A DNA stretch of 64,000 nt, from the IMG/VR virus record IMGVR_UViG_3300046740_000859. The stretch is one strand, 5' to 3'. Position 1 is the first letter of the stretch; every line of letters starts with the position of its first letter. The position numbers and the translations under genes are program-made. Below, piece after piece: positions 9,612 through 20,011 of this stretch. Source of the stretch: an uncultured virus (IMG/VR IMGVR_UViG_3300046740_000859) (Duplodnaviria > Heunggongvirae > Uroviricota > Caudoviricetes). Under the pieces are notes generated by a model. That model saw nothing but the letters and a program-made list of their open reading frames with translations, ran no database searches and was not told where the DNA came from.

Positions 9612-11787
9612 ATGGCAAAACAGTCCTGGCAAACCTGGGCGCGCGCCTGCGCAGCCGATCCGTCGAGCCCCTCGAAGCTCTTCAAGGGCTCGCTCGGTGC
9701 TCTCACCGGCCAAGACACCCGCGCCCTCTCCGCCATCGTCGCGTGCTGGGAGCTCTACTCGAACAGCGACGACGATGGGCAGCGCGGCGCGCTCGCGGCG
9801 GTGCGCGCGCTGCTACCGGCAATGCAAGCGAGTACGCGCTGGCTCGCGCGTGAGCTCATCCCGTACGCGCTCTGCTGGGACGATCGGGAGCGGTTGTGGC
9901 CGCTCGTGTCCGACGACGAACGGCTCGGGGCGATTGGACGCTCGTACGGCGCAGAGCTTCAAGGAGAAGAACCGTGAGAGCGTCCCTCCTAGCCGAACTC
10001 GCCAACCTCTTCTCGCGCGAAGCGTCGGCGAAGCGCAAGCGCAAGGAGATCAGAGAAGCGGAACGCCTCGAAGAGATCGAATTCGAGCTGCACGAGCGGT
10101 TCGCGCAAGCAGACCGGATCGAAATGTTGAGGGGCCACCGATGATGGCGGCCGCGCGCAAGGATCAGATCGTCGGGGCTTGGCACGCTGGGAAGAATGCG
10201 CTCCGTGGTACAACCGGTCTCCAGATTGTCTACTTGACCGATTTTGGGACGGCGCACGCGGGCGATCTGCGAAAGGATTGGCGCGTTCCGAAGGAGGTAC
10301 GCTCCGACATCGCTGTCGTTTCGAGGGTCGTCGAGTCTTCGTTCGAGATCCCGAAGCCGCACCCGCTCCTCGTTTGCGACGACAAGGAGCTCGCTGAAGC
10401 GTTTGAGCGGCTCGTAGCCGATCCTTCGTTCGCGAAGCTCGATCTTACGGACTGGGAGTTCAAGCTCGCCGCGGACGCGCCCAGCGTTTTTCTCGAGTGG
10501 GGCAGTTTCACCTGGAAGCAGCGCAAGTACTTGCGCGAGATCGTGAAGAAGATCGTAGAGGAGAGATAAATGAAGCGATCATTCTCGAAGTTCGTAGAAC
10601 GTCTCGAAGCCGCCGACCTTCACGCGAAGGTCGAAGCGCGCGCCCTAAAGTTCCACGTCACGCTCCGTGAGCTCTACGAGGGCCCGCACCTCGCGCCGTC
10701 GATCAACACCGCGCGGCGCTCCATCTACCTGTGGCTCATTGGGGAGGGGAAGGGGCTCAACGAGGTCGCGCGACTTTTCGATCGAGCGCCGAGCGGCGTG
10801 GTGAAGCTGACGAAGGAGAAGTCGTGAAAGGCCCACTGGCGCAAGCCCTCGAACGACTGCGAGAAGAATTCCCCAACGCGAACCTCCGTGACGCGCGCCT
10901 GGCGTTCAGATTCGGAGAACGAGCGGAGTTCAAGCCGTACGCGCCCGCTGAAACCTGGAATGAATTCTCCTGGAGCATTCAGATCGACAACAACGGTGGC
11001 AACGGAAAAACGGTGGACGAGGCCATCTCCGAAGTGAAGGGAAAGATAGCGCGCGAAGCGTTGATTCCTGAGCGGGCCACACGGATCGCGGACATCCTCC
11101 GAGAGCTGGAGTACCACGATCGATACGCAGCGACCGAGGCGGCTCAGCGCATCTTGGACGAAGAGCCGAGACACCGATGAGCCACACCTGCCACTCCCCC
11201 AACTGCACGCGCCCCGTCCCTCCGCGCATGCTCTTCTGCTTGACCCACTGGAGAGCGCTCCCGCAGAAGATCAAAGACGCCGTCTGGCGCGAGTACCGCC
11301 CCGGGCAAGAACGCGACAAGAAACCAAGCCTTCGTTACCTCGCCGTGCAGCGGATCGCGTGCGCGTACTCGGTGTTCAGGCCAGACGATGAGACAGCGGC
11401 GCTTCAGGCGATCAACTACCTGAAGGAGGCCGTGAGCTACTCCAGAGCGGCGGTCGAGGCGGGGCTCGGCGACCCGCTCGAGAACCTCGTGCCGAAGGAC
11501 TGGCCGCAGGCGAAGCCGAAGTTGAGGATCGTGCGATGAGCGCCGTCAAGGAAGTAGAGCTCCAACTTGAAGGACTCGCCGACATGGCGCTCGTCGGCTC
11601 CGACGATTCGATCTGGCTCGTCGTGCCGCTCCGTTGGTGGGACCTCGCAACGCTACTCTGGTGGCTGTTCGTTCCGATGGACAAGAAGGCCAAGGTGATG
11701 CTCACGCTGGGAGACAAGAAAAAAGTGAAGTGCAAGGCGGTCCGCGTCGCTACGAAGCACGTTCGGGTGCGGGGGTTGATCAAGTGA
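9612..11787 (+). CDS. Operon of small hypothetical ORFs (9612-9977, 9974-10144, 10141-10569, 10824-11180, 11177-11539, 11536-11787)
   Basis: 4-nt ATGA/GTGA overlaps; 11177-11539 has an HxC-x4-C...CxxHW Zn-binding motif. Confidence 0.55.
10570..10827 (+). CDS. DnaA C-terminal (domain IV)-like HTH DNA-binding protein
   Basis: ARRSIYLWL...GLNEVARLFDRAPSGV resembles the DnaA_C signature. Confidence 0.5.
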   Translation: MKRSFSKFVERLEAADLHAKVEARALKFHVTLRELYEGPHLAPSINTARRSIYLWLIGEGKGLNEVARLFDRAPSGVVKLTKEKS

Positions 11788-11879
11788 GCTCGCGCAACGA
11801 CTGCGTACCGCCGATCCTCGATCCGAGCGTGCCGTGGCCGCCTCCAGGTTGGGTTCGAGTCGAAGGAGAGAAGAGCAAG

Positions 11880-12728
11880 ATGGTTTCGTCGAAGAACACA
11901 CCCCCCCGCCCTTTCCCAGTGGCAGAGGCGCGGCCTTTCATCAAATTCGCGGGCGGTAAGACCTCCCTCTTGCCGGAGATCCTTCCGCGGCTTCCGAAGA
12001 AGATCGGGACGTACTACGAGCCGTTCATCGGTGGGGGGGCGGTGTTCTTCGCGCTCGCGGCCGAGGGACGATTCAAGGAGGCCGTCATCGGCGACGCGAA
12101 CCACGATCTCATCGAGACGTACTATGCGATCAAGAATGATCTCGGGGAGATCGTCCGTCGTTTGAAGGCGCATGCCGGCAAGCACTCGGAAGAGTATTTT
12201 TACAAGGTGCGTGCTCAGAAAGGTGCCTGCGACGCTTCGCGGCTCATCTACCTGAACCGCACCTGTTTCAACGGGCTCTACCGAGTGAATCGGAAGGGCG
12301 AGTTCAACGTTCCATTCGGGAAGTACGCGAATCCGACGATCTGCGATGAAGAGAACCTGCGCGCTGTTTCGGCTGCGCTTCGTGGCGTCAGTTTTCTGCC
12401 TGGCGATTTCGAGCGTTCGACGATGCGGGCTCGTCGGGGCGACGTGGTCTACATGGATCCGCCATACGTGCCGGCGTCGGAGACTGCGAACTTCACTGCC
12501 TACACGAAAGGGGGATTTGGTCCGGAAACGCAAGAGCGGCTTCGAGACGTCGCGCAGAAGCTAGTCAAGCGCGGCGTCCACGTGCTCCTCTCGAACAGCG
12601 ACACGCCGTTCGTGCGCAAGCTCTACAAGGGGTTCAAGATCGAGAAGGTTCAGGCGCCCCGCCGCGTGAACTCGAAGGGCGACAAGCGCGGGAACGTCGG
12701 CGAGCTTCTCATCTCAGGAAAGTCATGA
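11880..12728 (+). CDS. dam: DNA adenine methyltransferase (Dam / D12 class)
   Basis: PFIKFAGGK, EPFIGGGAVFF (SAM binding), YLNRTCFNGLYRVNRKGEFNVPFG, DPPY; start could be GTG 11784. Confidence 0.93.
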   Translation: MVSSKNTPPRPFPVAEARPFIKFAGGKTSLLPEILPRLPKKIGTYYEPFIGGGAVFFALAAEGRFKEAVIGDANHDLIETYYAIKNDLGEIVRRLKAHAGKHSEEYFYKVRAQKGACDASRLIYLNRTCFNGLYRVNRKGEFNVPFGKYANPTICDEENLRAVSAALRGVSFLPGDFERSTMRARRGDVVYMDPPYVPASETANFTAYTKGGFGPETQERLRDVAQKLVKRGVHVLLSNSDTPFVRKLYKGFKIEKVQAPRRVNSKGDKRGNVGELLISGKS

Positions 12729-12843
12729 TCCGCGAGACCGTGTTCGTGCTTGGGATCTGGTTCGCGGCGTGGCTCGAGGACAGGTTCGCTCGACGGGCGA
12801 GCGAGCGGAAGAGGATCAAGTCGAAGTTGCCGAGGAGGGTCGG

Positions 12844-13823
12844 ATGAGCCTTCGAGTCATCCGACCGATCGACAATCCGATCGATGACCTGTTCACCGCG
12901 CTCGATCTGCTCGTCAGGCGCGACTACCGAACCGGCGGGTACCTCTGCCTGAGCTACCGCATGCGAGGCTGCCGCAGCGCTTACGGGGGACCGCGCATCG
13001 TCCGAGAGTCGATGGGCGGTTACGCCGACATGACCGTGAGCTCTGAGCGCGTCTACTACCTGACCGAACCGCTCACCACGAAGTTGGAGCTGGACGGCTA
13101 CACGCGAGGCACGCCGCAATGGGGCCACACAGACCAGACCATCAGGCACGTCACCGAGTACGGTGAGCGCGAGTATTGGCGCATGCGCGACGAACTCGGC
13201 CAGGCGATGGGCGCGCTCCCGAAGCTGTTCGGAAACGAGTCGCGCGAATGAAGCAGGGCACTCAATCCGTCTCTTCTGGGTCCGCGCTACCTGTTCCGTG
13301 GTGGGTGCGGCTCCGATGTTTCCTATTCGGGCACGTGCTGAAGGATTACTGCGAGCCCGTCGCGCACTACGAGATCCGGTGTCGGCGCTGCGGCGGGATC
13401 GACACGTGGATAGGTCCAGGAAAGGACCCGCGAAGATGAAGCAGCCAGAAACCACAGCTCCGGAAGACCCCGTCATGGCGGAGACAATGCAAGACATCCT
13501 CGACCTCTACCGGTCCGCGAAGAGCTCCTACACCGGAGAAACGTTCGAGGAAGTCCGCGCAAGAATCGACCCGCGAAGATGACCAAGAGTGCACCATGAA
13601 GGTCCGAGACGTCACCGGCGTCGTACACATCGAGCTCACACCCGCTGAGGCGCGCGTGTTCCTCGAAGAGCTCTCGCATGTTCGCGGCGGTGCGCGCTTA
13701 CAGAAGATCCGACAAGTTTGCGCAGGACTGGAAGCGTTGTTCTCGCTTACAACGTGGCGGGAAACTCGAAAGAAAGATCAAGTTAGGTCGATCTCCCTTA
13801 CGGAAAAGGACGGAGATGTGTGA
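12844..13823 (+). CDS. Small hypothetical ORFs (12844-13251, 13248-13439 with C-x-LFGH...CxxCG, 13436-13582, 13596-13823)
   Basis: Overlapping start/stop codons; 13248 ORF resembles DUF1660-type prophage proteins and is paralogous to 44483-44659. Confidence 0.5.
13425..13582 (+). repeat. Exact 15-bp direct repeat GACCCGCGAAGATGA at 13425-13439 and 13568-13582
   Basis: Read directly; each copy contains the stop codon of an ORF ending DPRR. Confidence 0.9.
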
Positions 13824-14573
13824 TCACGCGGCGAGCTCGACGTGTCGATCGGGTAGCCAGATCGTGTTCTCTAGCGCGAGCGTGCTGAGCGCCTGGACGT
13901 TCGAGATCTCGTCTGGCGTGAAGACGGGGCGCTCACCCTTCAAGATGTCGGAGCAGAGCGAGAGCGCGTGCGTGGCGATCGAGACCAACCCTGCGGTGTA
14001 GGCGCTCTCGTCCGCTGTGTAGTACCCCGCGACTCGAAGCTCGTGGCTGAACGCGTGCGGATCGCCGCTGCGCATCGCACGCCATGCCGCGCGGTAGCGT
14101 GCGCTGTCCGCGAGGAAATCGATGTATCGCCCTGCGCCTCGCCGTCCACCCTTTTGACGGCGCGTGGCCTCGTCGTCTCCTGGGTCGCCGTCGAATGCGA
14201 CGAAGCTAGACCAGGGGTGCGGCGGCGTGAGCACGCAGCGCTGGTTGGGGCCGTCTTTCCACTGCGAGACGGCGCAATGGAACGGGTCGAGGCGCTTGGC
14301 GCGGATTGCCGTCTGGACGTCGAAGATCTCGTCGCACTTGTACTGCGTCCAGAGTCCGTCCCAAGTGTCGCTCTTCTTCTCGTTGTGGAAACAGTACCGG
14401 TGGTTCTTCTTCCCCAGAGCGCATTCGAGCCCTAGTTGCGAGAGCCCGCAGGCCATCGACTCGGGCGTCTCGAAGTCGGAGCCCATGATGTCCCGGTGCC
14501 CGTAGAACAGGAAGACCGCGAGATCATGGAACTCGACCGGCGTTTCTAGATCTTCGATGAACATCGCGGTCAT
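13824..14573 (-). CDS. GH73 (FlgJ/glucosaminidase-like) peptidoglycan hydrolase, candidate endolysin
   Basis: SQLGLE catalytic Glu motif; YIDFL..RY; FSHELRVAGYYTADESAY matches the GH73 GYATD..Y motif. Confidence 0.7.
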   Translation of the reverse strand: MTAMFIEDLETPVEFHDLAVFLFYGHRDIMGSDFETPESMACGLSQLGLECALGKKNHRYCFHNEKKSDTWDGLWTQYKCDEIFDVQTAIRAKRLDPFHCAVSQWKDGPNQRCVLTPPHPWSSFVAFDGDPGDDEATRRQKGGRRGAGRYIDFLADSARYRAAWRAMRSGDPHAFSHELRVAGYYTADESAYTAGLVSIATHALSLCSDILKGERPVFTPDEISNVQALSTLALENTIWLPDRHVELAA

Positions 14574-14598
14574 CTTCGGATGATGGTATCATGCGGCC

Positions 14599-14988
14599 AT
14601 GCTCAAGACAGGGCTCGAGTTCGCACCTGGGACGACCGACGACTCCAAGAGGCTGATCCACAAACTCTTGACGCCAGAGAGTATCCTGACGGCGTACCGC
14701 ACCGCGCGCAGCGAGTGTCGTACGGGCGACATCGTGCTCCATATGTCGGACCAAGATCCGATCATTCGCGGCGGCACTCGCATAGAGTTCTGCAAGCATC
14801 TTCAGGAACGGTTCGGCAAGGCCGCGTCGGGTTTCAGGATGTGGCAGCATTCGGCACACGCCGTCATGAAGCTGCCGAAGGACTCGGAGGCGCTGTGGCT
14901 CGTCATCGAAGCGAACGGGCTGGACGTGCCGGTCATGTGCGTGATCTACGCGACGCCGTACGAGCAGACGGCCGCCGCTCCGAACTAA
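14599..14988 (+). CDS. Hypothetical protein
   Basis: 129-aa ORF preceded by TGGTATCAT extended -10. Confidence 0.55.
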   Translation: MLKTGLEFAPGTTDDSKRLIHKLLTPESILTAYRTARSECRTGDIVLHMSDQDPIIRGGTRIEFCKHLQERFGKAASGFRMWQHSAHAVMKLPKDSEALWLVIEANGLDVPVMCVIYATPYEQTAAAPN

Positions 14989-15059
14989 CCGCCCGATCTT
15001 TCAGGAGGTTTCTCGACTAGCTCGAACAGGGCCGACTCGCTCGTGTAAGCTCTCTCCTT

Positions 15060-15305
15060 ATGAGCAGCGCACGCACAGGTTTTTGGGCCGCCCTCGGCGC
15101 AGTGGTCGGCGGAGCAGCGGGAGCGACCGCGGGCTTCTACGCACACAAGGCGCGTCCGCGTCTCAGGTACGCCAACGCCCGCGGGCGCAGTCGAGGTCAA
15201 GCGGTCGAAGACGCGATGGTGGTCGGCGGCGCGACCGGAGCGGTAGTCGGCTCGTTCATCGCAGGCACCGTGGCCGGCGACGACCCGCCGAAACAGCTCC
15301 GTTAG
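15060..15305 (+). CDS. Small two-TM glycine-zipper membrane protein
   Basis: ALGAVVGGAAGATAG and VVGGATGAVVGSFIAG. Confidence 0.6.
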   Translation: MSSARTGFWAALGAVVGGAAGATAGFYAHKARPRLRYANARGRSRGQAVEDAMVVGGATGAVVGSFIAGTVAGDDPPKQLR

Positions 15306-16192
15306 CGAGCGGGATCGGTGGGGGCTTCGATCGCTTGCCAGACGAGCGCTTGGAGCTTGGCAGGATCGATTGGCTTCTCGAGCCAGAGGCAGTGTAGCTC
15401 GTCGAACAGGTGATGCGCGACGTCTGCCGGTAGTTCCCAGCCGCTCATCACGATGATTTTCCCCTTGAGCTCGGGGCGACTCTTCAACGTTTCTGTGATC
15501 ACGGCTTCTCCGTCGAAACGCGGCATCAGGTAGTCGACGATCGCGAATCTCACGCGCGAGTCCATGACGAGCACCATGCGCCCGGCACGCGCGTCGGATA
15601 GCAACTCGATCTTCCATCCGCTTGGCACGATGTTCGCGAGATGTCGCGCCATCCCTTTTGCGAAGTCCGCTTCGTCATCGATGATGATCGCGCGCGGGCG
15701 AAGATCCTCGCCTGGAGAGTTCGGTCTGGGTGGTTGCGGTTTCACCGCCGCCAGCTTCGATGAAGAGCTCTTGCGCTGCTCTTCTTTTTCTTTTGCCTCG
15801 TGGATGACCTTCTGCGTCTCCTCGTCCCACATGATGCGCGCGCCTGTGTTCGCGTACCAATCCTCCTCTGGGGTCGGTATCTGATCGGGGATAGGCGCAT
15901 CGGCACGTCGAGGTTCGAGAGCCTTCTGCGCCGATCTTCGGATCTCGGCTCGAAGGAGCTGTTCGCAGTCAGCGTGATCCCGTTCTAGTTTTTTGATTCG
16001 ATCCTTGAGCGAGTCGATCTCGCGCCCGACGGCTTCGGCGGCGCGCTTCTCGGCTTCCTCGATCCGCTTCTCGAACGCTTTGACTTCGGCCTGGCGATCA
16101 CGCTCCTTGATGCGCTCTTTGACGAACGTCCACACGGACAGCCCGATCCCTCCCGATCCGCCGATCGCCGCTACGACGTTCGTGATGTCCAT
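15302..16192 (-). CDS. Membrane-anchored coiled-coil protein fused to a response-regulator receiver (REC) domain
   Basis: N-terminal TM and coiled coil; C-terminal IIIDDE, IVDYLMP (phospho-Asp), VMSG, EKP. Confidence 0.8.
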   Translation of the reverse strand: MDITNVVAAIGGSGGIGLSVWTFVKERIKERDRQAEVKAFEKRIEEAEKRAAEAVGREIDSLKDRIKKLERDHADCEQLLRAEIRRSAQKALEPRRADAPIPDQIPTPEEDWYANTGARIMWDEETQKVIHEAKEKEEQRKSSSSKLAAVKPQPPRPNSPGEDLRPRAIIIDDEADFAKGMARHLANIVPSGWKIELLSDARAGRMVLVMDSRVRFAIVDYLMPRFDGEAVITETLKSRPELKGKIIVMSGWELPADVAHHLFDELHCLWLEKPIDPAKLQALVWQAIEAPTDPAR

Positions 16193-16200
16193 GTGTGGTC

Positions 16201-17598
16201 TTACGGGCGTTGAGGCGCGGGCGCAGGCTCAGGCTCAGGTTTCGGTTCCTGCCGTCGTGGTGGCGCGTAGTAGGCGACCAGAACTCCGGCTACGACTACG
16301 AGAACCACTCCGCCGACGATCATCGCTGTCTTTACAGACGACGCGGCGTCTCCGCCCAAGCCTTTGAGCTTGTCGATCGCGTCGGGCTCGGGCGCCGGCC
16401 TGTCTGATGTGTCCGAGCTCGACTTGACATTGGGCCCCGCGATCGTTGGGAATCCTGGTCCTTCCCACATCACCGGCGCGTTCACCTCGAAGAGTCGCCA
16501 GTTTCGACTCGGGTAGTCACCGACCGCATCGAACGATTCGGTGGATGTGACGATGATGTTCGCTTTGTTCTTCTGGAGCCAACTCTGGAACGTGGCTTCT
16601 TGAGGGGCGAAGACGTCGACCCAATACTTGCCGACGGGGAGAGGATTCGTGCGCTCTATCGCTCCGACGCCGAGCGAGATGACTTTCCGTCCGCCGTAGT
16701 AGATCCCTTCCGGTCGAACGATCGGGCACTCGCCGAGAAATAGTTGCTCGTTCATCATCGTCATGGTCTCCAACCGGAGGTGATTATCGCAGCGGTCACG
16801 ACGAAGGGAGAAGCGGCACCGACTAGCGCGCCGACGACGGCTCCGCGCGCGTTTCGCTTAACTCCGTATCCGATCAATCCTCCGAGCACAGCGCCGCCCG
16901 CCGGAAACGTCAGAAGCGGGCTGATGTGTTTCTGCGGCGCGCTCTCCGCAGTTGGGCTCGTCTCTCCGAATCCGACTACGCGATCTCCGCCGAGAAAAAT
17001 CGTCTCGCGCGTCATCGTCGCTTGCCTCGAACCTTATTCGCGATCTCTTCGACGACCCAGCTCGCCGCGCCGCCCACGACGCTCGTGACGATCGCGACCG
17101 TCCAAGCCGATGGTCCGGTAGCGGCCGCAACGGGCGCCACAACCTCAGCTTGACCGAAACCGACGACGGGGTGTCCGTTGTAGTTCATGCGTTGCCTTTC
17201 AACGAGGCGATCGTGGCGACAGTTCCGACCGCGAGACTGGCCACCGTGAGGTAACCGACGAGCTTGCTCGTCCCGTCTGTTGTCGGAGGGGTGATGACGG
17301 ACGCCGCATCGCTCGGAAGGTAGACACCCGCGGATCGAAAACACCCCTGCACGAGATCTCCGTGCGCGTCACGCCCCCACACGCGCGGCTCGATGCGAAC
17401 GAGCACTGTGACGCCAGGTAGAGGATAGCTCTCGGTCGCGCCGAGCGGAACGGTCTCGTCGGCGACGACAGCTTGAGCGCGCTTCACCAACGCGTCAGGG
17501 ATCGGTCCCTCTGCGTCCGTCCACGGCCGCCAACCGTCTGGTGTCGGTGTGGTTGGGCATTGCGCCGCGAGCTCGGATCCGGCGCCGAACTGGGCCAT
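16201..17598 (-). CDS. Four small membrane proteins (17185-17598, 17012-17188, 16761-17015, 16201-16764), probable virion-membrane components
   Basis: Each has C-terminal TM helices and an N-proximal G-hydrophobic-G motif (QFGAGS, VVGFGQ, VVGFGE, SLGVGA); ATGA overlaps. Confidence 0.6.
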
Positions 17599-17661
17599 CC
17601 CGATGCAGTGTACGTGCGTCTCCTTGACAGGTCTAGCTGCGTAGGAGCAGTATGCCCAAAG

Positions 17662-17907
17662 GTGAACTATGGACACCGCAAGGCCAACAGGGTGAACCTT
17701 CCGACAAAAACCAAAGCGGTGGGTTTCAAGGTAACTCCCCAGCAACATCAGGCTCTTGAGCAGCGCGCAACTCGCTGCGGAGTGCCTCTAGGTTTTTGGA
17801 TACGCTCCATCTTGCTCCAAGCTATCGCTCAGCCGGTCGGCAAGCACTTGAAGATCCGTGAGCCGGACGGGGGCCTGCGCCCCAAAGGGCTCGCGTCGGA
17901 GGACTGA
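17662..17907 (+). CDS. Ribbon-helix-helix DNA-binding protein
   Basis: KTKAVGFKVTPQQHQALEQRA..CGVPLGFWIRSILL fits the RHH (CopG/MobC-like) pattern; start uncertain. Confidence 0.55.
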   Translation: MNYGHRKANRVNLPTKTKAVGFKVTPQQHQALEQRATRCGVPLGFWIRSILLQAIAQPVGKHLKIREPDGGLRPKGLASED

Positions 17908-18464
17908 TGGAACCTAGAAAAATGATGGGGTTCGAGGTGCCGGGTGACCAGCGCGTCCCGGTGTCGGTTCGCGACTGGACTGCGATGAAGCTCGCGATGT
18001 GGCGTAGCCGATTCGCGTGTGAAGTCGCAGCTCGAGAAGCGGCCGCGATCATCGGACGGTGCAAGCACGAGAAAGACTGCCCCGGGGCGACAATCGAGAC
18101 CGAGCCGTGTTTCGCGAATTGCGTGGATCGCGAGCAACGGATGAGCGCGCTCGTCGTCTTGAACGCCGCTCGAATGTTCGCTCCGGTCATCGCGCCCCGT
18201 CCCAACCAACCGTACTTCGCGCCGAGTCGTGAGTATTTCAGTGAGGTACTCGCCGAACTCGGGGCCGCTCAAGTAGAACGCGACGCTCTGCGCGAGATGT
18301 TGCGCTCGATGGGTGCGGAAGTGCCGACGCCGCCTCAGAATACGGAACCGGCGCTCCTACTCGAGTCGCCGGCACAGTTCACAATGGAGAACCTCGAGGA
18401 AGAAGAGGAGTCTCCAACGGACACCGAAGAAGAAAAAGAAGAAGGAACGGTACTCGAACAATGA
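17907..18464 (+). CDS. Hypothetical protein with Cys cluster and acidic tail
   Basis: CKHEKDC...CFANC; EEEEES tail. Confidence 0.55.
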   Translation: MEPRKMMGFEVPGDQRVPVSVRDWTAMKLAMWRSRFACEVAAREAAAIIGRCKHEKDCPGATIETEPCFANCVDREQRMSALVVLNAARMFAPVIAPRPNQPYFAPSREYFSEVLAELGAAQVERDALREMLRSMGAEVPTPPQNTEPALLLESPAQFTMENLEEEEESPTDTEEEKEEGTVLEQ

Positions 18465-18847
18465 AACTCGCACCTAGGACCAACATGATCATCGGGCGGA
18501 TGGTCATCCGGAAAATGGAATCGACGATCATCCTCACCGACGAAGCGAAGGTCACGAAGTTCATTCTCGTGGACGCAGTCGGCGTCGACGCCGCGGCGAA
18601 AGGCATCAAGGTCGGCGACCTGATCATCGCAAAAGCGCTCGGCAACGTGGTCTTGGACGCGGGCACCGTCTACATCCCGATCTGCGAAGAGCCGAACATC
18701 GTGTTCTTCGTGGAGGAAGTGACGCTGGACCAACTCTTGGTGCAGCACAAGAGCGGCAAGCGTTTCGTGCCGTTCGATGCGGACGATGCCGCTCCGAACA
18801 TCTCCGCCCCCGCAAGAGAGCTTCTTGCGGCAGAGGCGGCGCAGTGA
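18461..18847 (+). CDS. GroES/Cpn10-like co-chaperonin
   Basis: MKLAPRTNMIIG, STIILTD (mobile loop), VDAVG, IKVGDLII; C-terminal extension. Confidence 0.65.
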   Translation: MKLAPRTNMIIGRMVIRKMESTIILTDEAKVTKFILVDAVGVDAAAKGIKVGDLIIAKALGNVVLDAGTVYIPICEEPNIVFFVEEVTLDQLLVQHKSGKRFVPFDADDAAPNISAPARELLAAEAAQ

Positions 18848-19515
18848 ACCCTCTCGCTCGACGTCACGGAGGGAGCGCGAGCGCTTGTGCGTGTCGCACG
18901 CCGCCGCGTTCGCTCGTGCGTGAGGTCGCGCGCCCCATCGTTCGTGCTCGCCCGCGCGTCCCTTCGCGCATCGTACGCGCGAGCGAGTACGCGCGACCGC
19001 AACGGCCTCCTCAAACGGAACCGGTCGTGCTCGTCGGCAAGCCCGGCTCGAAGTGTCGCCCGTTCCTCAAGATCGAGAAAGACGCCGAGAAGTTCGCCGC
19101 GTGCAACGCGCTCGCCGACGAGCTCGGTGAGATCAACGATCCGAAGAAGGCGTTCCAGATCATCGAAGACGCGATCGGAGACGAGGTGAACGAAGTCTTC
19201 GGCGTCATGATGCTCGACATTCACCTGCGCTTCAAAGGGCTCGCCGAAACCGGACGGGGCGAGCCGTCGAGCGTGATGGCTCCGCTTCAGCCGACGCTTC
19301 AGATTGCAATCGCGTCCGGCGCGAACAGCATCGTTATTTGGCATTGCCACCCCTCCGGCATCGAGGCGGAACCGAGCGAGGCGGACAAGGAAACAACGGA
19401 AGCGTTCGCCGAGGCGTGCGAGGTGATCGGATTGCCGCTACTCGACCACGTGATCTGCGCCGGTACGGTTCGGAAACGATCGTACTTCAGCTTCGCCGAA
19501 GAGGGTCTGCTGTAA
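18844..19515 (+). CDS. RadC-like JAB/MPN domain protein with Arg-rich N-terminal extension
   Basis: E..., HCHPSG, PSEAD, LLDHVI JAB motif. Confidence 0.85.
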   Translation: MNPLARRHGGSASACACRTPPRSLVREVARPIVRARPRVPSRIVRASEYARPQRPPQTEPVVLVGKPGSKCRPFLKIEKDAEKFAACNALADELGEINDPKKAFQIIEDAIGDEVNEVFGVMMLDIHLRFKGLAETGRGEPSSVMAPLQPTLQIAIASGANSIVIWHCHPSGIEAEPSEADKETTEAFAEACEVIGLPLLDHVICAGTVRKRSYFSFAEEGLL

Positions 19516-19544
19516 GGTCGCCTGATTTTTCTACTGGAGATTTC

Positions 19545-19982
19545 ATGAACAACACGCAGCCTTCTCAAGAGCGTAGCGAACCGAAGCTGACGCTCGTGAT
19601 CGCGAACCCGCTGTTCCCTCAGCCTGTCTTAGACACAGCGGGAAATGCCGTTCAGGGGCAATACCGAGCGTCCGTCGAACCGGTCGTTTGGGGCATTGGT
19701 AGTAGGCACCCGTTCGTCCAAACCATGAAGATAGAGTGCATGTTCATCGACGGTGACCTCATCGAGGTCTACTCGACGGACGGGAAGATCGGCATGCGCG
19801 ATCTCATTCCAATGAGCACGGTCCGTCTCGCCGAAGAGGGAATGCCGCTCGACACCTACGAAGAAGAGATCGATCTCTCCGCTGCCCGAAGCGCCGGTGA
19901 AGATCTCGAAGATCCGGAGCCGGATCCGGAACCCGAAGACGAATCACCGCCGCAGCAGGTGAGCGAGCAAGCTCCGTCCTGA
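19545..19982 (+). CDS. Hypothetical protein with acidic tail
   Basis: GGAGA SD upstream of ATG 19545. Confidence 0.55.
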   Translation: MNNTQPSQERSEPKLTLVIANPLFPQPVLDTAGNAVQGQYRASVEPVVWGIGSRHPFVQTMKIECMFIDGDLIEVYSTDGKIGMRDLIPMSTVRLAEEGMPLDTYEEEIDLSAARSAGEDLEDPEPDPEPEDESPPQQVSEQAPS

Positions 19983-20011
19983 AAACGTCGTCGAAAGAGA
20001 TCAGAGAACGC

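Noticed and set aside
11880..12728. Restriction-modification system
   Set aside because: No adjacent endonuclease recognisable; orphan Dam is ordinary in phages
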